From Lingula anatina (taxonomy: Eukaryota > Animalia > Brachiopoda), in NCBI GenBank assembly GCA_051362555.1, contig JBPQGU010000015.1:1-50000 (forward strand): 50,000 bases of DNA, read 5' to 3'. Positions 9,971-21,184 of the stretch are shown here, in pieces. Position 1 is the first letter of the stretch, and each line of letters starts with the position of its first letter. The translations under genes were made by a program, and so were the position numbers. Under the pieces are notes generated by a model, which was not told the DNA's origin, made no database searches, and was given only the letters and a program-made list of their open reading frames with translations.

Positions 9971-11420
9971 AGTTGCATAATTATGAACATGAGGAAAATC
10001 AGAAAATCATACTTGTGAAAAGTAGGTTAAGAACCAATTTAAGTTTTTTGGGAAGAAATAGGATCTTCATCTTTTATCTAGACTTGATAAAAATGGTTAT
10101 AAATTTCCGTTTATAACAAAATGCTGTGTGACAAGGAAAGATAGCAGCTTTAACTATTGAAAAATAAGGTTTTTGTTAAAAGCGCTATTCTTGAGTAGGG
10201 GAAAATATATAAAAGAAGGGTTTGGTTGAAAGGTGTATTAAGCAATCAAATGTTGGTACATGTAACCCTTTAACAGTTAGCATTGCACAGCAGTGAAAAA
10301 AAAGATTAATTTTAGATTTACGAGAAGTAAACAAATATGGCTGTATGCAGTCTGGTAGTTACGAATATTATAGAACGGCTCTTATGTTTATAAAATTGGT
10401 GATTGGATGATTAAATTTGATCTTGATTCAGCTTATTATCATCTAGACATCCGTTATCTCCATACGGGTTATTGAGTTTTTTTGTGGAAAATTCAAGATA
10501 AGCAGGTTGTTTATTTTAATTTTTTCTTCCATTTGGGTTATCATTAGTACTTCTTTTTTTGTTAATTGACTAGGCAAGTAATCAAAAAATGGAGATAGTA
10601 ATGTTTTCAAACTTTGATGTATTTATATCATGATCTGTGGTACTGTAGTAACAAAGATAGATTGGAGCATCACGGTGCTGAGATCAAAGTCAGATTGCTA
10701 AGTCAGATTTTATGCAAAATCAAAATTCTTGATATTAGATATTAAGAGAACTGGCATTGATATTCGCACGAAAGAGAGCAGAGGTCAATTGGTCCACGTT
10801 AAAAGTCTGTCTGGTTTTGTTGGTCAGATTATATCTGTTTTTATTGTGTTGAGAAGTGTAACGCAACTAAATGATGGAGTATATTAGCATGGTTATTTTT
10901 TAAAAGTGCTCTATTTTTGGAATCAGAAAATGTTGTGTGTAAAGACGCATAAAGTCAAATTGGACTTAGCGTACAGATCTTGCTGTAGTAAATCAGAATT
11001 TTACAGTTTTAACCTCAGTGCAGTAAGGTAGTTTATTCTGGTGCTAGTAGTACTGGGTTTGGAGGATATTGTGTGGAGACACCTGAAAGGGAGTGTCACG
11101 GGCTGATGAGGCGACGGAGAGCTCTACTTACAGAGACCTGTTAGCTGTTTACAGGGTCCTGTATTCCATGGCAAACACGCTGAGTGGTTCGAGATTGAAT
11201 TGGGTTTTCTGATAACAAAGATATTGTAAATATAAAAGAAAGAAGTAGCATAAAGGGTAAATTACAACCTATTATTTTAGATATTTTTCTTCTAATGACG
11301 TAGTGGAGTAATTCAATAGAAATGGAAGGATACTGGGATAAGAAAAGGTCAGGCAAATTACATAAGTAGACATGTGGATGTTGATGATTGGGTGAAGATT
11401 TTTTTCTCACACTTTGATAA

Positions 11421-11631
11421 AGCCCCCTTTACACTAGACGGCGTCCTTTCTGCGTCCAGCAGTAGGCCCCGTTTGAGGTTTAAAAAATTATAATATTTTA
11501 CGTGCCTACAGCTGGCCGATCATTGAGCATTCATTCTGATACAAAATCAATGCTCATGCCTCCTTATTAAGACCACAGCGATTCCAAATTTCATGGTCGT
11601 AGAAAGGACGCCGTCCAGTGTAAAGGGGGTA
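11421..11631. mobile_element. PIF/Harbinger-like MITE
   Basis: TIRs of about 30-36 bp (CCCCCTTTACACTaGACGGCGTCCTTTCT / AGAAAGGACGCCGTCcAGTGTAAAGGGGG) with a TAA TSD at 11418-11420 and 11632-11634. Removing it restores the host reading FDKIW. Confidence 0.85.
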
Positions 11632-12032
11632 TAAGATATGGGTCCTCTTGAAGTGGATTGGTTTGCGTCCTGGTACAATGCTTAAGAAGGCCTACATATT
11701 TTTTTCTAGATTTTAGAATCCAGGAGATGCTGGTGTTGACGCATTTACGGTGAATTGGAGACGAGTCTGTTACGTCTCTCTCCTGGTAATCTGATCACGT
11801 TCGGTCCCTTGCCACTAGATTGTTTCCGACAGACTCTGTTCTGGTCCTTCGCCTGCATATGTCCATCATGGCGTGATCAAATGTGGCACCGAAACGCGCC
11901 CATGACTGACTCTGTTATGGTCTCAAACTTTTTGAAGCTTAAATCTTTTAGATGCTACCCAGTTTCTTATTGAAAAGTCGAAATGTAGAGGTGGCAAATG
12001 ACTTTTGATAAATCGGGTAAAGTCGCATTTAT

Positions 12033-13662
12033 AATAATAATAATAATAATTTATTGAGCACTAAAATGTTTCAGTACATTTTGCAAGCCCTCTAAACTAC
12101 TTGTATATAGATACATTTAGTACAATCTAGACCTATTATCACAATAAAAATAAATAAATAAATAATAATAATGATAATAAGATAAAAAAATACCTATATT
12201 ACATAATGACAATTACATTGCTCTGTATTGTGGTAGACTTGCTCATTATTATTGACAGGCTAGTCTTTTTTTAAATGTTTGTTGGATGAAGTGACACACG
12301 GTTTTTAGGGAGTGTTCACTTTGAGGATTGAGAAGCCAGGCAAGTTTTTCTAAATCAGATGACATTTGCGGCGGTATCATTTTTATCATTTTTTCTCTTT
12401 CGTTCACATGCTCATTACATTTTAGTAGGAAATGCACTTCTGTTTCAACATCATTGCAATGTGGACATATTCGGTTTTCTACTGGTTTTTTTGGGTTTTG
12501 TGTAGCGACCTCTTTCAATTTCTAGGTCATGGTCGCTGATTCGAAATTTCGCAAGTGTTTTTATTTCATTTAGAGGGACTTTCATTGTGAGATAATTTTC
12601 TGGAGTGTAGGATTTCTTTATTGCTTTATAGGTTCTTAGTTTGCTTTTATTGTCACTGTGCAGATCGGTCCAAAAAAGTTCTTCAATTTTTTTAATAACA
12701 TTTACTTGAAGTAAGTTTGGGTCTACAGTGTTTAGATCTGTTGACAGTCCCCAGAGGTCTATAAAAGTTTTTAGAGAGCTTGACCAGCTAGGCCCTTTTA
12801 AATGGATTTCTCTTTCATAGATTTGTTTCACGATTCTATTTGGAGCAAGTTCTTTGAAACGAATTTGGTACTTAAAAACATGTTTTGCAATATCTGTGTA
12901 GAGTGGCAGCCTTCCAAGTTCTGCCCTACTTGCATTGTTGCTTGCATATTTCCGTACACCAAGAGCCCACTTACACGTTTTTAGATGGAGCTGCTCAAAA
13001 GGCATTTTATTAATTTTTTGGAGGGAGATTTTCTTATCTTTAAATAGTTCCTCTGCCCAAACTTCACAACCATAGAGTAAGATTGGCTTGACGGTTTTAT
13101 CAAAGAGTTTCATGTATAGTAGGGGAGAAGATATTTGGTGTGAAGAAAGTGCTGTTTTCAGTGCAAAAGATGCTTTCATTGCATTTTGTTTCAGGTTTTC
13201 AATTGCTTTTTTTAAAGACCCTGTGTTTGTGAAGGTTATTCCTAAGTATGTGAAGTTCTTCACAGATTCTATGATTTTGTTATTTATATAGAAGTTAATA
13301 TTCTTGTCTAGTTTCCCTTGTTTGTTAAAGATGACAACTTTTGACTTTTTCTCATTTACCTGAAGCTTCCATTTTCTGCAATATGTTTGAAGTGCTAATA
13401 AGTGGCCTTGTAGTCCTTCCTTGCTAGTTGATAACAGGACAAGGTCATCTGCATAGAGGATGTGGTTTAGGCCATCAATTGAGCAGTCCTTATTTTTGTT
13501 CTTTAAGATTTCTTTGATATCATCAATGAACACATTAAAGAGGGTAGGACTCAGATTATCCCCTTGTCTGATTCCTATCCTTGATATAAAAGGCTTTGTG
13601 TACCCTTCCCCAACAGAGATGCCTAATCTGGTGTTACTGTACATTGTTTTAATGATGCTGCA
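12033..13662 (-). mobile_element. 5'-truncated LINE (non-LTR retrotransposon, tentatively RTE-X-like): RT C-terminal half, CCHC finger, 3' UTR and (TTA)n tail
   Basis: ORF 12451-13644 contains GIRQGDNLSPTLF, LYADD, YLG and RISDHDLEIERGRY. ORF 12249-12518 contains CPHC..ETEVHFLLKC after one frameshift. AATAAA and a (TTA)n tail lie at about 12033-12055, and a candidate TSD ATTTAT occurs at 12027-12032 and 13663-13668. Confidence 0.92.
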
Positions 13663-16600
13663 ATTTATGCCCAGTAAAAATTCTTGGAAATAGGCTTATT
13701 TAGATTTAATTGGTAAGCCTCGATCCTAGCTACAGCTTTTCAAATTTATAGGGCCTATTTTAAATATAATATCGATGAGTTACAATGAAAGTTATATATG
13801 AAAATTTTATGGGGGGGGGGGGGGGGAGGGAGGGGGTAATGATGCAGGGAAGCAACGATGCGGGAAAGTAACGATTCGGAGGAGTATTGGTGTCGTGGAG
13901 TGACGGTGCGCGTACAACAGTAATTTTAGGGGGTACGTTTCGATGAGGGAATCTATCGGTGTGGGGTCGTATCGATGCGAAAATTAAAAAAAAAATCAAG
14001 CAAATGCTCTCAAGGCACTATTTTCCCTCAAAACAGGTGGGACTGTACTCAAATAGGGCTAAAAATCACGTTTTGATAGATACAATCAACAGTACCGGTA
14101 AGTCTTTAAAGAAAAATATCCAACCCCCCATTTTTAGTATTTTTTCGCATTAGGATTATTTATTAAAGCGTACGTGTATTCATCGCGATCTATTTTGTAA
14201 ATAATTTTAGTCTGGATTATGCTTGGATTGATCCTTGTCACTGTTTGGCAACTCGCCTTTAATGAATGCTGATCGACAGACAAACTTAGAGTTCTTCTTT
14301 AAAGAACACTATCTAACCCCTTTGCCTTGTGGCATAATGTCTTTATAAAGGTAATTTATGTAGTGTGAAGGGGGTGACTACCCTGGCAATACGGAAATCT
14401 AGAACCTAGGGTAAGGGTGACTTGCCTCACTTAAAAAGGGAATCGATCTTCATGCTGGTTGGAGCTGAACTGATGCTAACTAACTTTGTACAAATAAGGT
14501 TTTAATTATTTTAAAGAATTTTTGACATTATTGAACATTGCATATGAAAAGTTTTGATACGATTAAAATAATGGGTAATAAAGATCATGGGTTACTATTT
14601 AGCTCTGGCGTTAACTTCGTCTTGCGATATAAATGAATAAATGTTGCAAATTAAACTTTATTATAGTGTACTGTGTATGTGTTATACGACGACGTTAACT
14701 ACTTCTCCCCCAAGCCCCCCCCCCCCCCCCCCCCCCCCCATAGCATGTTTCTTTTCATATCGAAATGTTTTCAAGGCGTGGCAAAGAATCCCATCAACTG
14801 TTTTATTACTCATTCATTGTAGCAGCATGTTTTAAAATATTAAAACAAATTCATTTTTATAGGTACACATATTAATCGATAAAAAAATATAAACATTCAC
14901 CTTATTTCCTCGGTGTTGAGTTTTGTGGCAGTAATGTTTCAAAGAATTATGTAAGTATGCACGATGGAAGGCGCATGCACAATATTTGTGGAATAAAATA
15001 GTGAATTTTAACAGCAAGCGGAACTCAGTAAAATCTACAGGTACATTAGGGGCGGGTCCAGGTTTTTTTGAAGGGGGGGGGGGGGGCGTTTACTTTTTAC
15101 GGATTGACAGGCTTCGGATTGCGAGGCCGACCCTCACCCCGTTGGCGTTATGTTCGGGGCATGCTCATAGGCGCCGAAAAAATGGGGGTTTATTACGGCA
15201 AATGCATTTAACCAAGAACATTCATGAACACTTTCAACCACATTCCCTCGCCTGAAATGAACCATACCTGACTGAAATTTGCATAACAATAACTTGCTCG
15301 TCGTAGTGCGAGCTGTTTTTCCGAATACTCACTCGGCAGTAGGACACAGCAGGGTGAAGACGCAACATCTGTGGTGCAGTCGCAAGGTCGAGCTTTTGTG
15401 AGGCGTAGAAGCAAATGCATGTTTCGTAAGTATCACTTTTTCTTCAGTAGCGTATGTCAGTTGATAAAAAGAGAGTAGAAGAATGCAAGGAAATTTATGA
15501 AAAGTATTTACTGGTGTGTTACTACTCTTTGTTATATTTTGCCTGTCGTTTCTGTTATGACACTCAAAATATTATTAAGCAAATTACTAAATGGGCATAC
15601 CACCACAAAGATCACGGACTTATTTAGATGAAAATACCGAACTTGCCACTGTTCCGAACTTTTGATCCAAAGACAAGCGTGCCCCATCAACGTGTACATC
15701 AATTTTATTCAAACGTCTCATTTTACGACAATCTCGCTAGTTCAAAATTTTTAAATCAGTATTTGTAGGTTTGTTTACCTCATTTTACATGTACCTGTAA
15801 AATGTTTGTAAGCAGTGTTGAAATACGGGATAATGATTTAAACTAAAGCTCAGTATGGCTTGATGCAAAGCTATTTTAGATATTACAACATTATATAGTG
15901 GGTAAAATAAATAAACGTCCGTAGTGATGACCGCCACAAATTAGAGGAGTATTTTCAATATTTATTTTTTCAAAGATATCTGAAATATCTTTTTTTACTA
16001 ACTTCAGGTCTTAATTTTGGTATTAGGCAACTTAGATATCGATTGCTTTTTTGATGTTCTATCTAAGCCTGAACTTTGGACAAGTCGGTAAACACCCTTC
16101 TCATTTCAAGTCCCTCTTCTCTTAGATGTAAAATGCATTGGTCGTATCTTCCGAGCCTGCCCGTTTAGTCAGATATTGTTAACGTTATCTTCTCATTTCA
16201 GAAGTCCACTGAGATACTGAGAACTGCACGACACCCGCCTGCTAGCAACCAAGCCTTCCTTTCATGGTCTGGAGCACTTCACACATCCGTGCATCTTTTG
16301 TTTTAAAATTGAATAAATACGCTTGTAATTTCTTGTTTTCTTTTCACTTCGGTTTGAAATAATGATAAAGATATTGGCAATAATAGAGGGTTAGGGGTAA
16401 AATTATAAAGATATGATTATTGTCTGAGCACTTTCAAATTAAATCTGCTTAAACTGATTTGTAAGCATTGTTTGGGATTGATGATTTCTACAGTCACAGA
16501 AGATGTCTTAAAAGATTTAAAAGTTTTGTTAATATGCCCAATATTTTGTAAATAATTGAGTTTGAGCATTTTAAGAATACATCTACAGGATTTTCCAATA

Positions 16601-17214
16601 GCCCAAATTTATAAATACAATTTGTATGAATTTACGATCTTGCTTTTTTGAAAATCTGCCCTACATTTTATTTTATAGGGAGACAATTTTTTACTGATTG
16701 GAATAAATTAGGTCGTCCTCCCGGTTATAATTTTCTTAATTTAATAGGTCCATACTTTAAGGGTCCTGGTTTGCTAGAGAAATTTGATTCAAATGCCATG
16801 ACCTTCTCATTAGACGAATACTTCAATTTTAAATTGAAACAGAAATAAAATCCTGACACACTTTAGAAATGGCAACAGTTGAAATTTGCTCTTCCACCCA
16901 AAAATTAGGACTGCGTATTCCAATATAATTGAAATGTCTCATTAAAATCATAATTAAAATATATTGATCCTTTGATTTAATTTTGTGACCTAGATTTATT
17001 TCCACAGTCCCAAATGTGCAGACAAAAAGGTAATATTTTTAATAAATTGTGAAAATGCAAATTTTGAGACGAGTAATTTAGTATCTATTCCTGCATGATA
17101 CAAAGTCATAACCTTTTAAAACTTGGTAACACAATACTAAAAAAACGTAGTGCTCTATTGCATCGGTATTAAAAAGTAATTTTGTGATGATTTTACTTGC
17201 GTGCACTCTTCAAA

Positions 17215-17750
17215 AAGAATGGTCTCGGCCCACCTGTCACCCCTTAAATTAAATGGTGTCGCCCAACCTGTCACCCCTCACATTAAATGGACTCGCCCCA
17301 CCTGTCACCCCTCAAATGTAAAATGGACTCGCCCCACCTGTCACCCCTCTTATGTAAAATGGACTCGACCCACCTGTCACCCCTCAATTGGAAAATGGAC
17401 TCGCCCCACCTGTCACCCCTCAAAAGTAAAATGGACTCGCCCCACTTGTCACCCCTCAAATGTAAAATGGACTCGCCCCACCTGTCACCCCTCTAATGTA
17501 AAATGGACTCGCCCCACCTGTCACCCCTCTAATGTAAAATGGACTCGCCCCACCTGTCACCCCTCAAAAGTAAAATGGACTCGCCCCACCTGTCACCCCT
17601 CATAGGTAAAATGGACTCGCCCCACCTGTCACCCCTCAAAGGTAAAATGGACTCGCCCCACCTGTCACCCCTCAAAAGTAAAATGGACTCGCCCCACCTG
17701 TCACCCCTCAAATGTAAAATGGACTCGCCCCACCTGTCACCCCTCAAATC
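17215..17750. repeat. 36-bp minisatellite, about 15 copies (AAAATGGACTCGCCCCACCTGTCACCCCTCAAATGT)
   Basis: Period of 36 seen directly (ATG at 17287, 17323 and so on). The first two copies are degenerate. Confidence 0.97.
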
Positions 17751-19094
17751 AAACTATAATAGAAAATTCTTCTGGTGTGAGATTTATTTTTTTAATTTTC
17801 ATTTCTTTATTTTTGGTCAATTTCAACACGTTTATTACAAAAATGTTGGAAATAAAAATGACTCCTACAATGTAAATTTAATTAATGTCAACAAAGTAAA
17901 TTAATTACCTGAACTAAAACGTGGAAGGTTGCGAAAATTGCACAAATTCTTTTAAAATCCATAGTGACTTTAAAAACCCTTAATAAGTAATTACATCACT
18001 GCACAATGGGAAATTGGAGAGGGTAAATGAGTTTCAACGGAGAATGGGCTGCATGTAGCTTGTCCTAATTAGGGTATAATTTGAAAATAAAAATGCTGAA
18101 ACTGTGTTTAGAAAGTCACAATAAAGGTCGTTCCATTTTCTCCATAATGCATGTGCGCAGCGTGTTCGTTCGAGCGCGGCAGTGCCTGCGTGTGTGCCTG
18201 TGTGAGGTTCCAAAATACGACTAGAGGGCTTTGGAAAATTCTAGCAATGAGACGCTTGTGCATTTTGCAGGATCGCCGCAAAGTTGGAAGCTCTGAAATA
18301 TCAAGACAATGTTTTATTTACGATTTTAAAATGATATTCCAATGCAAGACAATTTAAATTAGAATAAGATAACTGAAAGAACATAAAAGTTTTAAACGAC
18401 AAAGAGTTTAAACGACAGGGAAATCTCTAAAGGTCTTGAGTTGACTGATTGGAGCTTCAGTACGATTACCTACATTGTAACATGAAAGGGCGAAAACTTA
18501 AGCAAGCCGTACATTTACTTATGCACTGTACGTGTACCACATCATCGAATTATGTAACTTCTTTCCACTCGCAATAGCTAGTACGATATTTTACTCACAA
18601 AACATATTTGCCTCAACCGTAGCTCCACCAAACGTGTACACAATGGGTCCGAGCTTCAACGTTGAAGAAAGTGTTCGGCACAGTGACTTCACCACATCTA
18701 TCAATGTAGGTCATCTTCTTACAGGGTCTAGCTGTCAAGTGACCAGGCATAGCTCGCGTGTCTTATTGTTATGCAAATTACAACTGGTACAGTGTATGGC
18801 GCATTTTGATTGAGGAGTTGCTGTGGAAATCGGTCTCAAAGAACGGCCAATCTATAGAATAGTATTTTACTATTGTGACAAGGCAATAACCCCTGTCGCA
18901 AAGACCTATTTGTCACCATACACGATATTTCTCAAGGACAACAGTTTATATAAAATCAAAAATTAAAAATAACAATGAAGATAGATATAACTAATCAAAT
19001 ATCAATGGAGTAAATGATGATGCTCATACGTTCGGGGAGGAGCGTTGCAAGGGATGAAATATACTTGTACGGACCGCGGACTATCGATTGCAAT

Positions 19095-19097
<3 letters not shown>

Positions 19098-19125
<28 letters not shown>
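19098..19125. repeat. (TA)n microsatellite
   Basis: Seen directly. Confidence 0.95.
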
Positions 19126-19128
<3 letters not shown>

Positions 19129-19993
19129 CTAAAGATCGTAATTCTGTATATTACAAAGAGAAGGAAAATACCCTAGAGAAAGGGGGGGGGGGAGGAGCGC
19201 AATGAAACAAATTCATACTGTGTAGTTTGTTCTTTCCTCTATTTTCTGCATATAATATTTTGAGGCTGGAGATATTGCCCTTTTCACAACTTTTGCTGAT
19301 AGATAGATAGATAGATAATTTATGTTATCTTAATTCTATAACAATTTTCTTTTCACAAAACCAGCAAGACAAGCAGTCAAAATAGAATTGGGAAGATACC
19401 GTTAGTACGTTTACATATATTGCTAGAGTGAATTTGTTTTCCCTAAAAGCCGTGACTCATTTGTAATCAAAGTAAATTAAATTTTTTTTCAAGCCTGCTG
19501 TGATCGGACAGCCACACATCAGATAATGTGCAGTTTTCCCCTTTATAAATCACAAATATAATTTCCCGGCTTGTTAATTGCACTTAAAATTTTCATAAGG
19601 GACCCGTGGCCAACAAACTCTTTACAACATGAGGTCTACTTCGTGAAATTTTACGTAATTGTTCATGTGAATAAAGGTATAAATCGGATGCTATTTGCTG
19701 TATTGTGGGTTAAGAGAGAGGATGATTAAACTAATGTTTGATAATACTACTTATTTATCATCTTTTCAAAGCTAAATTGATTGTATTGGTCCAAGACGAC
19801 AGGGCCATTTGCTTTGTCTCTTTTTTTAAGTAAACGTAACAGATTGCAGATCTGACACATTCAAAGGGATCTTGTCCTCATAGCCTAGACAGTATGCTAA
19901 AAGTCGGATGATTTTCTTCGTAAATAATGATACTCGGGCTTTATAAACAGATTGGGCGTTTACTAACACTACCCACAGCCATATTAACAAAAG

Positions 19994-19995
<2 letters not shown>

Positions 19996-20040
<45 letters not shown>
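19996..20040. repeat. (CA)n microsatellite
   Basis: Seen directly. Confidence 0.95.
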
Positions 20041-20041
<1 letters not shown>

Positions 20042-20241
20042 TAACCGGCTCTACCAGAGTAGGTGGATGTTAGTGCTAGGTATCACTTTGTTGGTGCTAA
20101 ATAATTTTACGGTGTATTGGTTATTTCAATAATCTGATATGCCTTATTGACTTGTCTGCATACATGTAGGACCCGCGTTATTTCAAACTGTCAGTTTTAA
20201 CTTAAAACATGGCTTACAAACGGGACGTGGCAGCTGCAGAT

Positions 20242-20313
20242 GATAATAATGATAATAATAATAATAATAATAATAATTATTATTATTATTATTATTATTA
20301 ATATTATTATTAT
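20242..20313. repeat. (AAT)n(ATT)n palindromic microsatellite
   Basis: An AAT run switches to its reverse complement at about 20276. Confidence 0.9.
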
Positions 20314-21184
20314 TTGCGATATTGATGTTATGTTTTAAACGTTGTAATTGTCCTTAGATGAACTCGACAAGAAGTTACTCTTGCATTTAGAATGTGTTTT
20401 AAATGTTAATATTAGCACTGTAACATAAATGTGATTTATTCTGAAATGTGAAGCTATATGAGGAGCTACGGGCAAATGGCTCCGGCAATATCAGTTTATT
20501 TTGTAATACGTTTATATGCACACATCATGAAAACAATGGAAACCGACAAATAATTTTACCATTGACGAACATAAGAAATGCCTGCAAAACTGCTAAACAA
20601 ATTAATTTTGTGAAATATTTCTTAGACCACGGTGGAAGTGAAGAACAAAAGACTCAGACGTGGTGTAACTCGCATAACCGCACGTCTCACGTGAATGTGT
20701 TATAACCCGCTGATGGACCCGTGGTCGTCATCGAGGGTTATGTGACATCCACACGTGCTACGCACTCGTGCTTGCCACATAACTCTCGCTAACTCGGGGT
20801 TTATCTATTACGTAACCCTTTTATATAGACAGCAGACTCACTGACATAACTGCCAATGACACAAAAATATACTGTCAAAAAGTTACCGGTACTTTTCATA
20901 TCGCCATGCTGTACTTAAACACGTGCACACCCCTTGTTTGTAAACAAACCACTGCACTGCTCAAAGTAGGAAGCTCCCTCCGCCAGAGGTCCCACGCAGC
21001 ACAGTACCTGAGCCTGATCCTGCAAAATATTGGCAGCAACTGAGGCCCCAACCTGCTCCTTGACATCAAAATTAAACCTAGCAACACTCAAAAATTTCAG
21101 GGAAAAAAACTGGAAAAATCACTAATTTTTTCACAGCACTACATTCGTCTATAACAATCAGTGATTGGCCAGGGTGATTTTCGT

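Larger units (their letters stand above)
8930..13760 (+). mobile_element. Decayed DIRS/Ngaro-type retrotransposon (gag, RT, RNase H and downstream pol remnants) with nested insertions
   Basis: Broken-frame motifs appear in the expected order. Gag-like: LIRIADT*VAGWQTVKEY (~9394), LASDSEYDKRL (~9460). RT: NPLTVS (~10264), KKRLILDLREVNKY (~10297), KFDLDSAYYHLDI (~10413), LPFGLS (~10526). RNase H: YSxASSTGFGGY (~11035), SSTYR. Downstream: EVDWFAS, FFSRF*NPG and GVDAFTVNW (~11650-11758). There are many stops and frameshifts, the boundaries are approximate, and no tyrosine recombinase was recognised. Confidence 0.8.

Noticed and set aside
11100-11125. CTGATGA hammerhead ribozyme core
   Set aside because: There is no properly placed GAAA or supporting stems, and the site lies within the DIRS RNase H remnant.
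12484-12495. Programmed frameshift in the LINE at A-AAA-AAA-C
   Set aside because: Restoring the frame needs a +1 shift rather than -1. A mutation or sequencing error in a truncated copy is the simpler explanation.
15300-15432. CpG-rich segment ending in a GTAAGT donor, a possible first exon
   Set aside because: No downstream coding exons were identified, so there is insufficient support.
17215-17750. CRISPR-like 36-bp repeats and repetitive ORFs
   Set aside because: There are no unique spacers and no cas genes, and the context is eukaryotic. The ORFs arise because 36 is a multiple of 3.
20896-21087. GC-richer 63-aa minus-strand ORF beside the satellite
   Set aside because: It has no recognisable motif and no convincing exon structure.
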